From: an uncultured Bacilli bacterium
Lineage (GTDB): Bacteria; Bacillota_I; Bacilli_A; ML615J-28; CAG-313
Direction of reading: 5' to 3'
Assembly: GCA_947591495.1 (NCBI GenBank)
Contig: CANQDG010000007.1
Span: 1,334-65,333, forward strand
DNA: 64,000 nucleotides
Of this stretch, positions 9,190 to 17,199 are shown piece after piece. A program made the translations under genes and the position numbers. The notes beneath the pieces are model-generated. The model did not search any database. It saw only the letters and a program-made list of their open reading frames with translations, and was not told the DNA's origin. The stretch's first letter is position 1. The number at the start of each line of letters is the position of its first letter.

Positions 9190-9996
9190 TTAGATTGCAA
9201 GAGCAGGTTCAATCTTAAACCAAAGTGCTACTAATTCTTCATTTCGGATAACAACATAAACATCGTTCATAACTTCAATAATATCGTCTAAAGGCGTTGG
9301 CTTTCTTTCGCCAATAACAGTCCAACCTGTTTTGTTGTCATAATATGTATCTTGATTTTTCAAGGCTTGAATAACCATTCTTTCAGTCATTTCAAAGCCT
9401 TCTGTGGCAAAAAAGACCATTCCTTTTTGAGCTTTAGGGGGAACAAGTTTCTTTTTATACCAAACAGAACGTGGTAGGACGCCACAAAGACTGGCAAAAG
9501 ATTGATTGTAAGGCTTAAGTTCGATGCCCGCAAAACTAACTCCAAGGGTTATAACAATAGCATCTTTACTAGCAAGTCCTAATGAGCAATGTTCTTTATC
9601 GTAATGAGGAGTTTTATCAATTATATCATCGGTTAATTGGAAAGTTACTTTAAGTTTATAATTATGATTTATTTCAATACCTTTATAAGATTGGAATCTT
9701 TTGATATAAGAAACGATTTCTTTGCTTTCGTGATCATAGTTATGAATTTTTTTCAAGTTTTGTTTTTTCAAAAAATAACTATTAAACCAACTAGCAATTG
9801 GAAAAAGGATAACCAAAATATTAAAAGTGATAAAATAAAACCAATTATATTGTTCACTAAAAGCAATTTTACAATAAATACTTCCAGCAAGTATAATGAC
9901 CGCAAACACTGTATTAATAATGGGCATCACAATGTTTGGTTTATTTTTCTTTAAATTATTAAGTGTTCTTTGATCTTGGCTTGTTTGATTGTTCAT
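9190..9996 (-). CDS. membrane protein, function unknown (two N-terminal TM helices plus a ~170-aa soluble domain)
   Basis: 268 aa. AAGGAG RBS. Starts 10 nt after the apbE stop, so it is probably the last gene of the rnf-apbE transcription unit. I recognise no motif. Confidence 0.55.
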   Translation of the reverse strand: MNNQTSQDQRTLNNLKKNKPNIVMPIINTVFAVIILAGSIYCKIAFSEQYNWFYFITFNILVILFPIASWFNSYFLKKQNLKKIHNYDHESKEIVSYIKRFQSYKGIEINHNYKLKVTFQLTDDIIDKTPHYDKEHCSLGLASKDAIVITLGVSFAGIELKPYNQSFASLCGVLPRSVWYKKKLVPPKAQKGMVFFATEGFEMTERMVIQALKNQDTYYDNKTGWTVIGERKPTPLDDIIEVMNDVYVVIRNEELVALWFKIEPALAI

Positions 9997-10006
9997 TTGT
10001 TACTCC

Positions 10007-11044
10007 TTATATCATAAAATCGGTAAATTGATTGGAATAAGTTATTTGTCCACTACTACTTACCCACATTACATAAACATCACTAAATTGTTCGATAATT
10101 GTTTTACCTTGTTCAATATCAATATTAAATAAAGCGGTTGATAAAGCATCGGCAAGTCCTGCATCTTTAGCAATTACACTAATTGATACATAATCATTTT
10201 TAGGCATTAAACTAACGGGATCAATAATATGATGATATCTTATACCATTAACTTCAAAATATCGCTGATAAGATCCACTTGTAACAATTGCTAAATCTTT
10301 CAGAGCTAAAGTTGCAAGATTATCATTATCACTAGTTAAATCATAATTTTGAATTCCAATATGCCATAATTCATCATGTGGTTTAGACCCGATGAGGCGA
10401 ATATTACCACCAACATTAAGAACATATGAATTGAGGCTTTGATCTTCTAACATTTTGGCCACTTGTTCGGTTGCATAACCTTTCGCAAGCGCTCCTACAT
10501 CTAAACTCATTAAGGCATCTTCTAAATAAATTGTTGATTTTTCTTCATCAATTATCACTTTATTAATATCCATATGTTTTTGGGCTAACAGCAAGTCATC
10601 TTGAGCAGGAATTTTAGCATTTAAGGGATCGGCTAATGCCTTTTCTCTTGCATCATGCCAAAGTTTTAAAACTGATCCCATTGCAATATTCATCATACCA
10701 TTAGTTGATTGATACATTTTAATACCATATTTAACAAGATTAATAATTTCTTGATCAACTTCTACACTTTTGATGCCCGCATTTTTATTAATCGTGCAAA
10801 GATTATTAAGATTTTCATATTCGTAATATATATCATATAAACGATGATATTTTTTTAAAGCATTATCAATCATCGTAAAACGTTCATTAAAAGCTTTTTG
10901 ATTTTTTTCATAACCAACAATAGTCGTTACTGTATCAAAATAGTCAAAAGACATTGCTTCATACGACTTATATGTTTGACAACTACTAAGAGTAAAAAGG
11001 GCCCCTAATAAGATTGTAATTAATAATATTTTTGGACTTTTCAT
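10007..11044 (-). CDS. apbE: FAD:protein FMN transferase (ApbE family) lipoprotein
   Basis: 345 aa. Lipobox FTLSSC. ApbE-like DVGALAKGYA, TSGSYQRYF..HHIIDP and ADALSTALF. Confidence 0.85.
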   Translation of the reverse strand: MKSPKILLITILLGALFTLSSCQTYKSYEAMSFDYFDTVTTIVGYEKNQKAFNERFTMIDNALKKYHRLYDIYYEYENLNNLCTINKNAGIKSVEVDQEIINLVKYGIKMYQSTNGMMNIAMGSVLKLWHDAREKALADPLNAKIPAQDDLLLAQKHMDINKVIIDEEKSTIYLEDALMSLDVGALAKGYATEQVAKMLEDQSLNSYVLNVGGNIRLIGSKPHDELWHIGIQNYDLTSDNDNLATLALKDLAIVTSGSYQRYFEVNGIRYHHIIDPVSLMPKNDYVSISVIAKDAGLADALSTALFNIDIEQGKTIIEQFSDVYVMWVSSSGQITYSNQFTDFMI

Positions 11045-11062
11045 TTTATCTCCTTTGGTAAC

Positions 11063-11566
11063 TTAATTTAATTCCAAACCTTTAGTATATTTAAGCACTA
11101 AGACGCTTAACAAACCTACGCCAATACCAGAAATAGTTCCCGTTATAGCAAGAAGTGGTAAATATAAAATAATTTCTTTTGTATCCATTAAAATAATAGC
11201 AACCAATATTTGCCCAAAGTTATGCATAATAGCACCTAAAATGCTAATAGCAACCATACTAAAAGATGTTTTATATTTTAAAATGATCATTAAAGTTAAA
11301 CTTAAAATAGCGCCCGCTAAACTATATCCAAAAGTTAAAAGGCTTCCAAATAAAATGCTTGATAAAATTAAGCGTAAAAGCGATACGATAATTGATTCTT
11401 TAATTCCTAATTTGTATAAAGTATAAATAATAACAATATTCGCAATTCCAAGTTTGATTCCCGGTATTGCAAAAGGTAAAACAATCAAAGAATCAACATA
11501 GGAAAAGACTAAAGAGATGGCAATTAAAATCGCTAAAAGCGATAGTTTTTTAACTTCTTTTTTCAT
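11063..11566 (-). CDS. Gx transporter family protein (PF07456-like polytopic membrane protein)
   Basis: 167 aa, about 5 TM helices. Its pairing directly behind a NusG-domain-II protein is a recurrent arrangement. The family call is from memory of the architecture. Confidence 0.6.
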   Translation of the reverse strand: MKKEVKKLSLLAILIAISLVFSYVDSLIVLPFAIPGIKLGIANIVIIYTLYKLGIKESIIVSLLRLILSSILFGSLLTFGYSLAGAILSLTLMIILKYKTSFSMVAISILGAIMHNFGQILVAIILMDTKEIILYLPLLAITGTISGIGVGLLSVLVLKYTKGLELN

Positions 11567-11950
11567 TTAGGACACCATATCAACCGTCGAGGTTTTACCA
11601 ACAATTTTAATTACTAATTTATTTGGTAAACAAGTAATGGTTTGTCCAACTTTTGATATTGGTCTTTGTTTAACACAAATTTTATCAGGACAACTTGCTT
11701 GTAAAATAAAAGCTTTACCATCTTTAATAATTAAATAATTATAATGATTATCTTCATATGATAAATTCTTACTAATTTCTGCAGTTAGGGGGTATCGCTC
11801 TACTTCAACTTTATCATATATAACTACTACATAATCACCCTTAGGCATTGCAAGGTTTATCATTAAAAGAGCAAGTAGTGCTATTAATAAAATTGAACCA
11901 ATAATGATAATTTCTAATAAATGTTTTTTAATTAGTGCTTTCATTTTCAT
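11567..11950 (-). CDS. NusG domain II-containing protein (DUF1312-like, N-terminal TM anchor)
   Basis: 127 aa. One TM helix followed by a beta-rich domain. Overlaps the rnfB stop by 23 nt, and its stop abuts the next ATG. Confidence 0.55.
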   Translation of the reverse strand: MKMKALIKKHLLEIIIIGSILLIALLALLMINLAMPKGDYVVVIYDKVEVERYPLTAEISKNLSYEDNHYNYLIIKDGKAFILQASCPDKICVKQRPISKVGQTITCLPNKLVIKIVGKTSTVDMVS

Positions 11951-12761
11951 CTAAATTATGTTTACCTTTAAATGAGGCTTTAATAATACAACCAACCGGA
12001 CATACAGTAGCACAAGTACCACAATCGATACATAAATCATAATCTATTTGAGGTAAATTATCTTTTACTTTAATAGCCTTAGTTGGGCAATTATTTTCAC
12101 ATTTTTTACATTTAATGCAAGCATTACTACATTTTTTACGAGCAACCGCACCTTTTTCTTGATTGTTACAAGTTACAGCCATTACCTCAACGTCCGCAAA
12201 CATTGTTATTAAATGATTAGGGCAAACCTCACTACACATACCACAACCGATACATTTTCTTTGATCTACATGAGCAATGCCGTTTTCAATACAAATTGCG
12301 CCAACCGGACATGCATGAGCACAATCACCATATCCAATACATCCATAGCTACAACTAGCCTCGCCTCCATAAATATTTTTCGCAGCAGCACATGTTTTAA
12401 TTCCTTCATATTCATCTTTTTGTGTTCGTTTATCGCAATCACCAAAGCAATGAATAAAAGCTACTTGTTCAATAACATCTTGAGCCTCAACTCCTAAAAC
12501 ACTTGCTACTTCTTTTGCAACTTTATCAGCCCCAGGAACGCAAAGATTAGTTTTAATATTAGGATCATTAGCAAGGGCTTTAGCATAACCATCACAGCCG
12601 GTATAGCCACAAGCCCCGCAATTAACCCCTGGTAAACATTTTCTTATTTCTTCTTCTTTGTGATTAACAGGTACACTCATAAAATGGGATACAACCACAA
12701 GCATAATAGCGCATAATAATCCTGTTAATGTCACTAAAATTATTGCAATTACAATTGGCAT
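11928..12761 (-). CDS. rnfB: Rnf electron transport complex subunit B (polyferredoxin)
   Basis: 277 aa. N-terminal TM helix, CGACGYTGC cluster motif, and several CxxCxxCxxxCP 4Fe-4S motifs. Confidence 0.88.
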   Translation of the reverse strand: MPIVIAIILVTLTGLLCAIMLVVVSHFMSVPVNHKEEEIRKCLPGVNCGACGYTGCDGYAKALANDPNIKTNLCVPGADKVAKEVASVLGVEAQDVIEQVAFIHCFGDCDKRTQKDEYEGIKTCAAAKNIYGGEASCSYGCIGYGDCAHACPVGAICIENGIAHVDQRKCIGCGMCSEVCPNHLITMFADVEVMAVTCNNQEKGAVARKKCSNACIKCKKCENNCPTKAIKVKDNLPQIDYDLCIDCGTCATVCPVGCIIKASFKGKHNLDENESTN

Positions 12762-12772
12762 AATCTTACCTC

Positions 12773-13366
12773 TTATGAAAACAAGTGTTCAACGATGCCT
12801 GCAAAGCCAAAGAAGGCACAAGAAACAATCGCTGCAGCAATAAGGGTTGAAGGAAGACCTTTAAATGAATTAGGAATATGGGAGTTTTCAATTCTTGACC
12901 TAACTCCTGCAAATAAAACCATCGCTAGCAAAAATCCAAGGCCACACCCTAAAGAACTAACCATTGATTCGATAAAATTATATCCATCATTAACATTATT
13001 AATGGTTACACCTAAAACAGCACAATTGGTTGTAATTAATGGTAAATAAACTCCAAGTGAGCGATGAAGGCCAGGTAGATATCTCTTAAGAATAATTTCA
13101 ACTAATTGCACTAAAGCAGCAATAACTAAAATAAAGACAATTGTTTGTAAGTAACCTAAATTAAATTTATCTAGTAAGAAATGTTGAATAGGATAAGTAA
13201 CAAGCGTTGCAAGAAGCATTACAAAGATAACCGCAAGCCCCATACCAACGGCCTGATTTAATTTTTTTGATACACCAAGAAAAGGACATATACCTAAAAA
13301 TTTACTTAAAACATAATTGTTAACTAAAACTGATGTCATTAAAATAACAATAAGGGTCTTAAACAT
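12773..13366 (-). CDS. rnfA: Rnf complex subunit A
   Basis: 197 aa, 6 TM helices. GICPFLGVS and ITTNCAVLG motifs. Confidence 0.9.
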   Translation of the reverse strand: MFKTLIVILMTSVLVNNYVLSKFLGICPFLGVSKKLNQAVGMGLAVIFVMLLATLVTYPIQHFLLDKFNLGYLQTIVFILVIAALVQLVEIILKRYLPGLHRSLGVYLPLITTNCAVLGVTINNVNDGYNFIESMVSSLGCGLGFLLAMVLFAGVRSRIENSHIPNSFKGLPSTLIAAAIVSCAFFGFAGIVEHLFS

Positions 13367-13368
13367 TT

Positions 13369-14067
13369 TTAATTAGCCTCCTTTTCTTCTAAAGTATTAT
13401 TACATTCATCTTTATGACAAAAACTTGCGCTAGGGCATCCACTACAACTAAATTCTTTTTTCTTAATCGCTTTACCATGGGTAATTTTATTAACAAGGGC
13501 AATCATACAACCAAACACGAAAAAGCCACCTGGTGCTTGAGTTAAAATACTGATTTTATAATTTTGTAAAAAACCTATTTCGATTCCCGCAAAACTACCA
13601 TTGCCAAATACTTCTCTTATCGTTGCCATTAAAAATAATGCAAGGGTAAAACCAAGCCCCATACCAATACCATCTAAAGCTGAATTAATAACACCATTTT
13701 TACTAGCATACATCTCGGCTCTTCCTAAAATAATACAATTAACAACAATTAAAGCAAGATATACACCTAGCATAGCATATAGGTTAGGTAAATAAGCATG
13801 AAGAAGCATTTGAACCATTGTCACGAATCCAGCGATAATAACAATATAGCTTGGAATTCTTACTTGTGAGGGGATAATGTTTCGTAAAAGGGAAATAACA
13901 ACATTCGAACAAAAAAGAACAATTGTTGCCGAAAGTCCCATTGCTAGAGCAGAAATAACACTTGTTGACATAGCAAGAGTTGGACATGTACCAAGAATTA
14001 AAACTAAAACAGGATTTTCTTTAATAAAACCTTTTAATAAAATTGATAATCTTTTTTCTTTATTCAT
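13369..14067 (-). CDS. rnfE: Rnf complex subunit E, with a C-terminal Cys-rich tail
   Basis: LGTCPTLA and IVVNCIILGRAE motifs. The start is set to the ATG at 14067 (MNKEKR) behind GGAGGTG. The track start at 14085 overlaps rnfG by 26 nt. Confidence 0.9.
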   Translation of the reverse strand: MNKEKRLSILLKGFIKENPVLVLILGTCPTLAMSTSVISALAMGLSATIVLFCSNVVISLLRNIIPSQVRIPSYIVIIAGFVTMVQMLLHAYLPNLYAMLGVYLALIVVNCIILGRAEMYASKNGVINSALDGIGMGLGFTLALFLMATIREVFGNGSFAGIEIGFLQNYKISILTQAPGGFFVFGCMIALVNKITHGKAIKKKEFSCSGCPSASFCHKDECNNTLEEKEAN

Positions 14068-14614
14068 TATTAGCACCTCCAGCAATTAAATCAAATGCCT
14101 TAAATGCCGCAACGATTGCTCCTTTAAAAGCATCTGATGTTCTCGTAGCACCACTTAGATGATCGACTCCTTTAAGAGAAGAATCGTTACCAATATATGA
14201 ATCTACATATTTAACCGCATCTTGATCGTTTGGATCTTCTAATCTTTTACCATAACCTGGTGTTTCGTTACTTGCGACAATTTTGGTATTAATGATTTTA
14301 CCATCTTCTGATATAGCACACATAATAATTAAACCACTATTAAAACCAGTTGTACTCATTTTAAATACATAACCTTTACCAGTTTTTTCACGATAAGCAT
14401 TAGTTATCATACTAGGTAAATCGCTCGTTTTGGAAAGGTCAATTTCTTCAAATGTTTCAGCATCCGGTATTAATTCATAACATGCCGCATATGCTTCTTT
14501 AGCTTCGGCTTCTTCAATAATTGGTGATGTAAAATGATTAATAATGGCTAAAACAGCCGATACTACTAAACAAATAACCGTTAAAACAATTACACTTAAA
14601 ATACCTTTTTTCAT
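14060..14614 (-). CDS. rnfG: Rnf complex subunit G (FMN-binding)
   Basis: 184 aa. N-terminal TM helix and an SGATRTS flavinylation motif. Confidence 0.88.
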   Translation of the reverse strand: MKKGILSVIVLTVICLVVSAVLAIINHFTSPIIEEAEAKEAYAACYELIPDAETFEEIDLSKTSDLPSMITNAYREKTGKGYVFKMSTTGFNSGLIIMCAISEDGKIINTKIVASNETPGYGKRLEDPNDQDAVKYVDSYIGNDSSLKGVDHLSGATRTSDAFKGAIVAAFKAFDLIAGGANNE

Positions 14615-15684
14615 GCTTTAACACCTCCTAGAGGTTTTTTGATTTTAATCCTATCAATAAAAGGATTTAAAATATTCATAAACAAAATAGAAAATGACAC
14701 ACCCTCAGGATAATTACCCCAAAGTCTAATTACAACTGTAATAAAAGCACAGCCGATTGCAAAAATAATTTTGCCAATTGGTCTTGAAGGTGAAGTAGTA
14801 TAATCGGTTGCCATAAAAATAGCACCAATAAGTAAACCACCTGATAATACTTGATATATTGCAAATTCCACATCAAAACCTTTAAATAAAAGACTAAAGA
14901 TAAAAACGCCTAATATATATATAACCGGTGTATGCCATGTAATTACTTTTCGAACTAATAAATAAATACCACCAATAATTAAAGCTATCGCACATGTTTC
15001 ACCGATGGCTCCACCGCGCATGCCAACTAACATTTGCCATATTTCTGGTAAAAAACCATAATCCATCTTTAAAATAGCAAGAGGAGTTGCGCTTGTGGTT
15101 GCATCAACAAAACGAGGGAAAACACTAGCCCCAACAGTGGTTCCAAAAGCTAGTAACATCACTATTCTAGCTGTAATAGCTGGATTGGCAAAGTTTTTAC
15201 CAATTCCACCAAAAATTCCTTTAACAACAACTATGGCAACAATACTACCAATTACTGCTTGCCACCATAAAACACTAGCCGGAAGATTTAAAGCAAGTAG
15301 TAGTCCTGTAACAATCGCCGATAAATCTCCTATTGTTGTTTTTTGTTTGCAAATTTTTTGGAATCCCCATTCACAAAAAACAGAAGTCGCAATACATACT
15401 AAAATTAACATCAAAGCTTTTAATCCAAAAAGGACGACCGCCGCAATGCTTGCGGGGATCAAGGCAATAATGACATCGCGCATGATTTTAGTAGTTGTTG
15501 TATTACTAAAAACATGCGGTGATGAAGATACAATTAAATTTTCTAAATTTTCTTCTTTAGAATTAGCTTCTTTTGATGATTTTTGTTGATTTTGATCTAA
15601 AGCTTTTTTTCGTAATTTCTTTTTAAAAAGAACATTATATTGATTATTTTGATCTGTAATTAAAAATCTTTTTTCTTTACTCAT
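14611..15684 (-). CDS. rnfD: Rnf complex subunit D (with an N-terminal Lys/Gln-rich extension)
   Basis: 357 aa. SSSPH motif, polytopic, ATDYTTSP. ATGA overlap with rnfG. Confidence 0.9.
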   Translation of the reverse strand: MSKEKRFLITDQNNQYNVLFKKKLRKKALDQNQQKSSKEANSKEENLENLIVSSSPHVFSNTTTTKIMRDVIIALIPASIAAVVLFGLKALMLILVCIATSVFCEWGFQKICKQKTTIGDLSAIVTGLLLALNLPASVLWWQAVIGSIVAIVVVKGIFGGIGKNFANPAITARIVMLLAFGTTVGASVFPRFVDATTSATPLAILKMDYGFLPEIWQMLVGMRGGAIGETCAIALIIGGIYLLVRKVITWHTPVIYILGVFIFSLLFKGFDVEFAIYQVLSGGLLIGAIFMATDYTTSPSRPIGKIIFAIGCAFITVVIRLWGNYPEGVSFSILFMNILNPFIDRIKIKKPLGGVKA

Positions 15685-15701
15685 TTAAGGAAAGTTCCTT
15701 T

Positions 15702-17036
15702 CTATTTTTCAGCCTTTGATGTGTCTTGCTTTTTTGCAAGTTGTTGCTCATACTTTTTTAATTCAGCTTTAGCCAACCTATTTTTTTGAACAAGCGGTCT
15801 TTTAGCAGGACATACATATGAACAAACGCCACATTCCATACAAAGATTAACTTTAAGTTTAGCTAATTCCTCAACATTACTTGCTTCAAGTGCCATCGCA
15901 AAAGCACAAGGATCAAGATGAAGGGGACAATGATTAATACATCTACCACATTTAATACAATTAGATTCTTCTGGAAGTCGAGCTTCTTTTTCATTAAAAG
16001 CAATTAAGGCATTAGTTGTTTTGGTTACAGGTAAATCTAAGGATGGAAGAGCTATTCCCATCATTGGTCCACCATACATTACTTTAGCAGCTCTTTCTTT
16101 AAAGCCACCACAAAAATCGAAAACTTCTTTAATTGGGGTTCCAATATATGTAATAACATTCATTGGTTTATTGACAACTGAACCATCAACAGTTACGGTT
16201 TTCTTGATTAATGGAAGACCTGTTTTTATATATCTTGCAATACTAGCAAGTGTTGTAACATTAATGATAATGACACCTTCATCTAATGGAAGACCGCCTT
16301 CTTTGACAATTTTACCAAGGGTATTATAAATTAAAACTTTTTCGCCACCTTGGGGATATTTTGCGCTTAAAACTTTAACTTGAACAACTTCATCTTCAAG
16401 GGTTTTTAAAGATTTAATAGCTTCTTTTTTATTATTTTCAATGCCAAAGACGATTTTTTTAACACCTATATATTTTTCTAATAATTGCGTACCTTCTTTT
16501 AAAAGTTCAATATCATCAATCATTGTTCTTGTATCACTTGTGATATAAGGCTCACATTCTGCACAATTGATTAAAACCACTTCAACCTTACTTAAATCTT
16601 TTATTGTAAACTTAACATGAGTAGGAAATCCTGCCCCACCAAGACCTACAATTCCACTATTTTTAAGTGCCTCAACAAACGATTCATAACTATCAACATG
16701 TGGTACTTGCACTTCTTCTGATAATGTTTGTAACATATCTGATTCAATATGAATTGCTTTAACATATGTGCCATTACCAGTTAAAAAATCTTCAATTTTT
16801 TTGACCACACCTGAAACTGGTGAATGAATGTTAGCTGATATAAAACTACTTGCTTCAGCAATTTTTTGACCAACTTTTACTTTATCTCCTACTTTTACAA
16901 TGGGAGAAGCTGTTGCCCCAATATGCATATTCATTGGCAAAATAACCATTTTAGGAACTGGCATTTCAACCGGCTTTAAATTAGCCGTATTTTTATGATG
17001 ATTAACATGAATTCCTGGAAGTTTAAATAGTGCCAT
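15702..17036 (-). CDS. rnfC: Rnf complex subunit C (NADH-binding, 2x[4Fe-4S])
   Basis: 444 aa. GLGGAGFPTHVK, plus CIKCGRCINHCP and CMECGVCSYVCP. Confidence 0.92.
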   Translation of the reverse strand: MALFKLPGIHVNHHKNTANLKPVEMPVPKMVILPMNMHIGATASPIVKVGDKVKVGQKIAEASSFISANIHSPVSGVVKKIEDFLTGNGTYVKAIHIESDMLQTLSEEVQVPHVDSYESFVEALKNSGIVGLGGAGFPTHVKFTIKDLSKVEVVLINCAECEPYITSDTRTMIDDIELLKEGTQLLEKYIGVKKIVFGIENNKKEAIKSLKTLEDEVVQVKVLSAKYPQGGEKVLIYNTLGKIVKEGGLPLDEGVIIINVTTLASIARYIKTGLPLIKKTVTVDGSVVNKPMNVITYIGTPIKEVFDFCGGFKERAAKVMYGGPMMGIALPSLDLPVTKTTNALIAFNEKEARLPEESNCIKCGRCINHCPLHLDPCAFAMALEASNVEELAKLKVNLCMECGVCSYVCPAKRPLVQKNRLAKAELKKYEQQLAKKQDTSKAEK

Positions 17037-17069
17037 ACAAATTCACTCCTTTAGTATTAATTTATCCTT

Positions 17070-17099
17070 ATTTTACCACGATATACTTAATTTTGTCAA
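17070..17099 (-). promoter_or_regulatory. putative sigma-A promoter of the rnf operon
   Basis: On the minus strand, TTGACA (17099-17094), an 18-nt spacer, then TAAAAT (17075-17070), about 35 nt upstream of the rnfC RBS. Confidence 0.45.
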
Positions 17100-17110
17100 A
17101 CATATCACAA
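17093..17110. promoter_or_regulatory. Rex-like operator candidate overlapping the rnf -35
   Basis: TTGTCAA-ACAT-ATCACAA compared with the Rex consensus TTGTGAA-N4-TTCACAA gives 12 of 14 specified positions. Confidence 0.3.
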
Positions 17111-17132
17111 ATTATTATCAAGTAGTAAGAAT

Positions 17133-17170
17133 GGAAAAGAAAAACCTACTATTTTCTCAAATAGTAGGTT
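17133..17170 (-). terminator. intrinsic terminator after the 951-aa LRR lipoprotein gene
   Basis: Stem AACCTACTAT / ATAGTAGGTT with an 8-nt loop, followed on the minus strand by TTTTCTTTTCC. Confidence 0.65.
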
Positions 17171-17199
17171 TTTCTCAAATAGTAGGTCTAAAATTTATT

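Noticed and set aside
9637-9954. Plus-strand 105-aa ORF opposite the 268-aa membrane-protein gene. Similar shadow ORFs occur at 11241-11426, 17949-18137, 19599-19814, 21065-21259, 23979-24278, 30125-30388, 30494-30676, 36952-37137, 37975-38196, 38902-39102, 40587-40826, 41085-41297, 43480-43668, 45020-45247, 45432-45644, 45956-46147, 46790-47047, 49142-49345, 50301-50489, 51555-51767, 51826-52062, 55600-55791, 57596-57829, 58109-58345 and 58245-58466
   Set aside because: Each overlaps a longer, motif-supported gene. The translations are compositionally odd and have no start context.
12213-16329. Antisense or alternative-frame ORFs within the rnf genes (12213-12497, 12795-13049, 13601-13795, 13784-13987, 13877-14089, 15095-15589, 16021-16329)
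   Set aside because: All are embedded in strongly supported rnf CDSs, have low-complexity translations and lack an RBS.
17154-17187. Direct duplication of TTCTCAAATAGTAGGT (17154-17169 and 17172-17187) at the terminator of the 951-aa LRR gene, considered as a possible alternative-pairing riboregulator
   Set aside because: It lies downstream of a stop codon, where it just adds a spare 5' arm to a standard terminator. There is no downstream ORF close enough to be attenuated and no anti-terminator logic.
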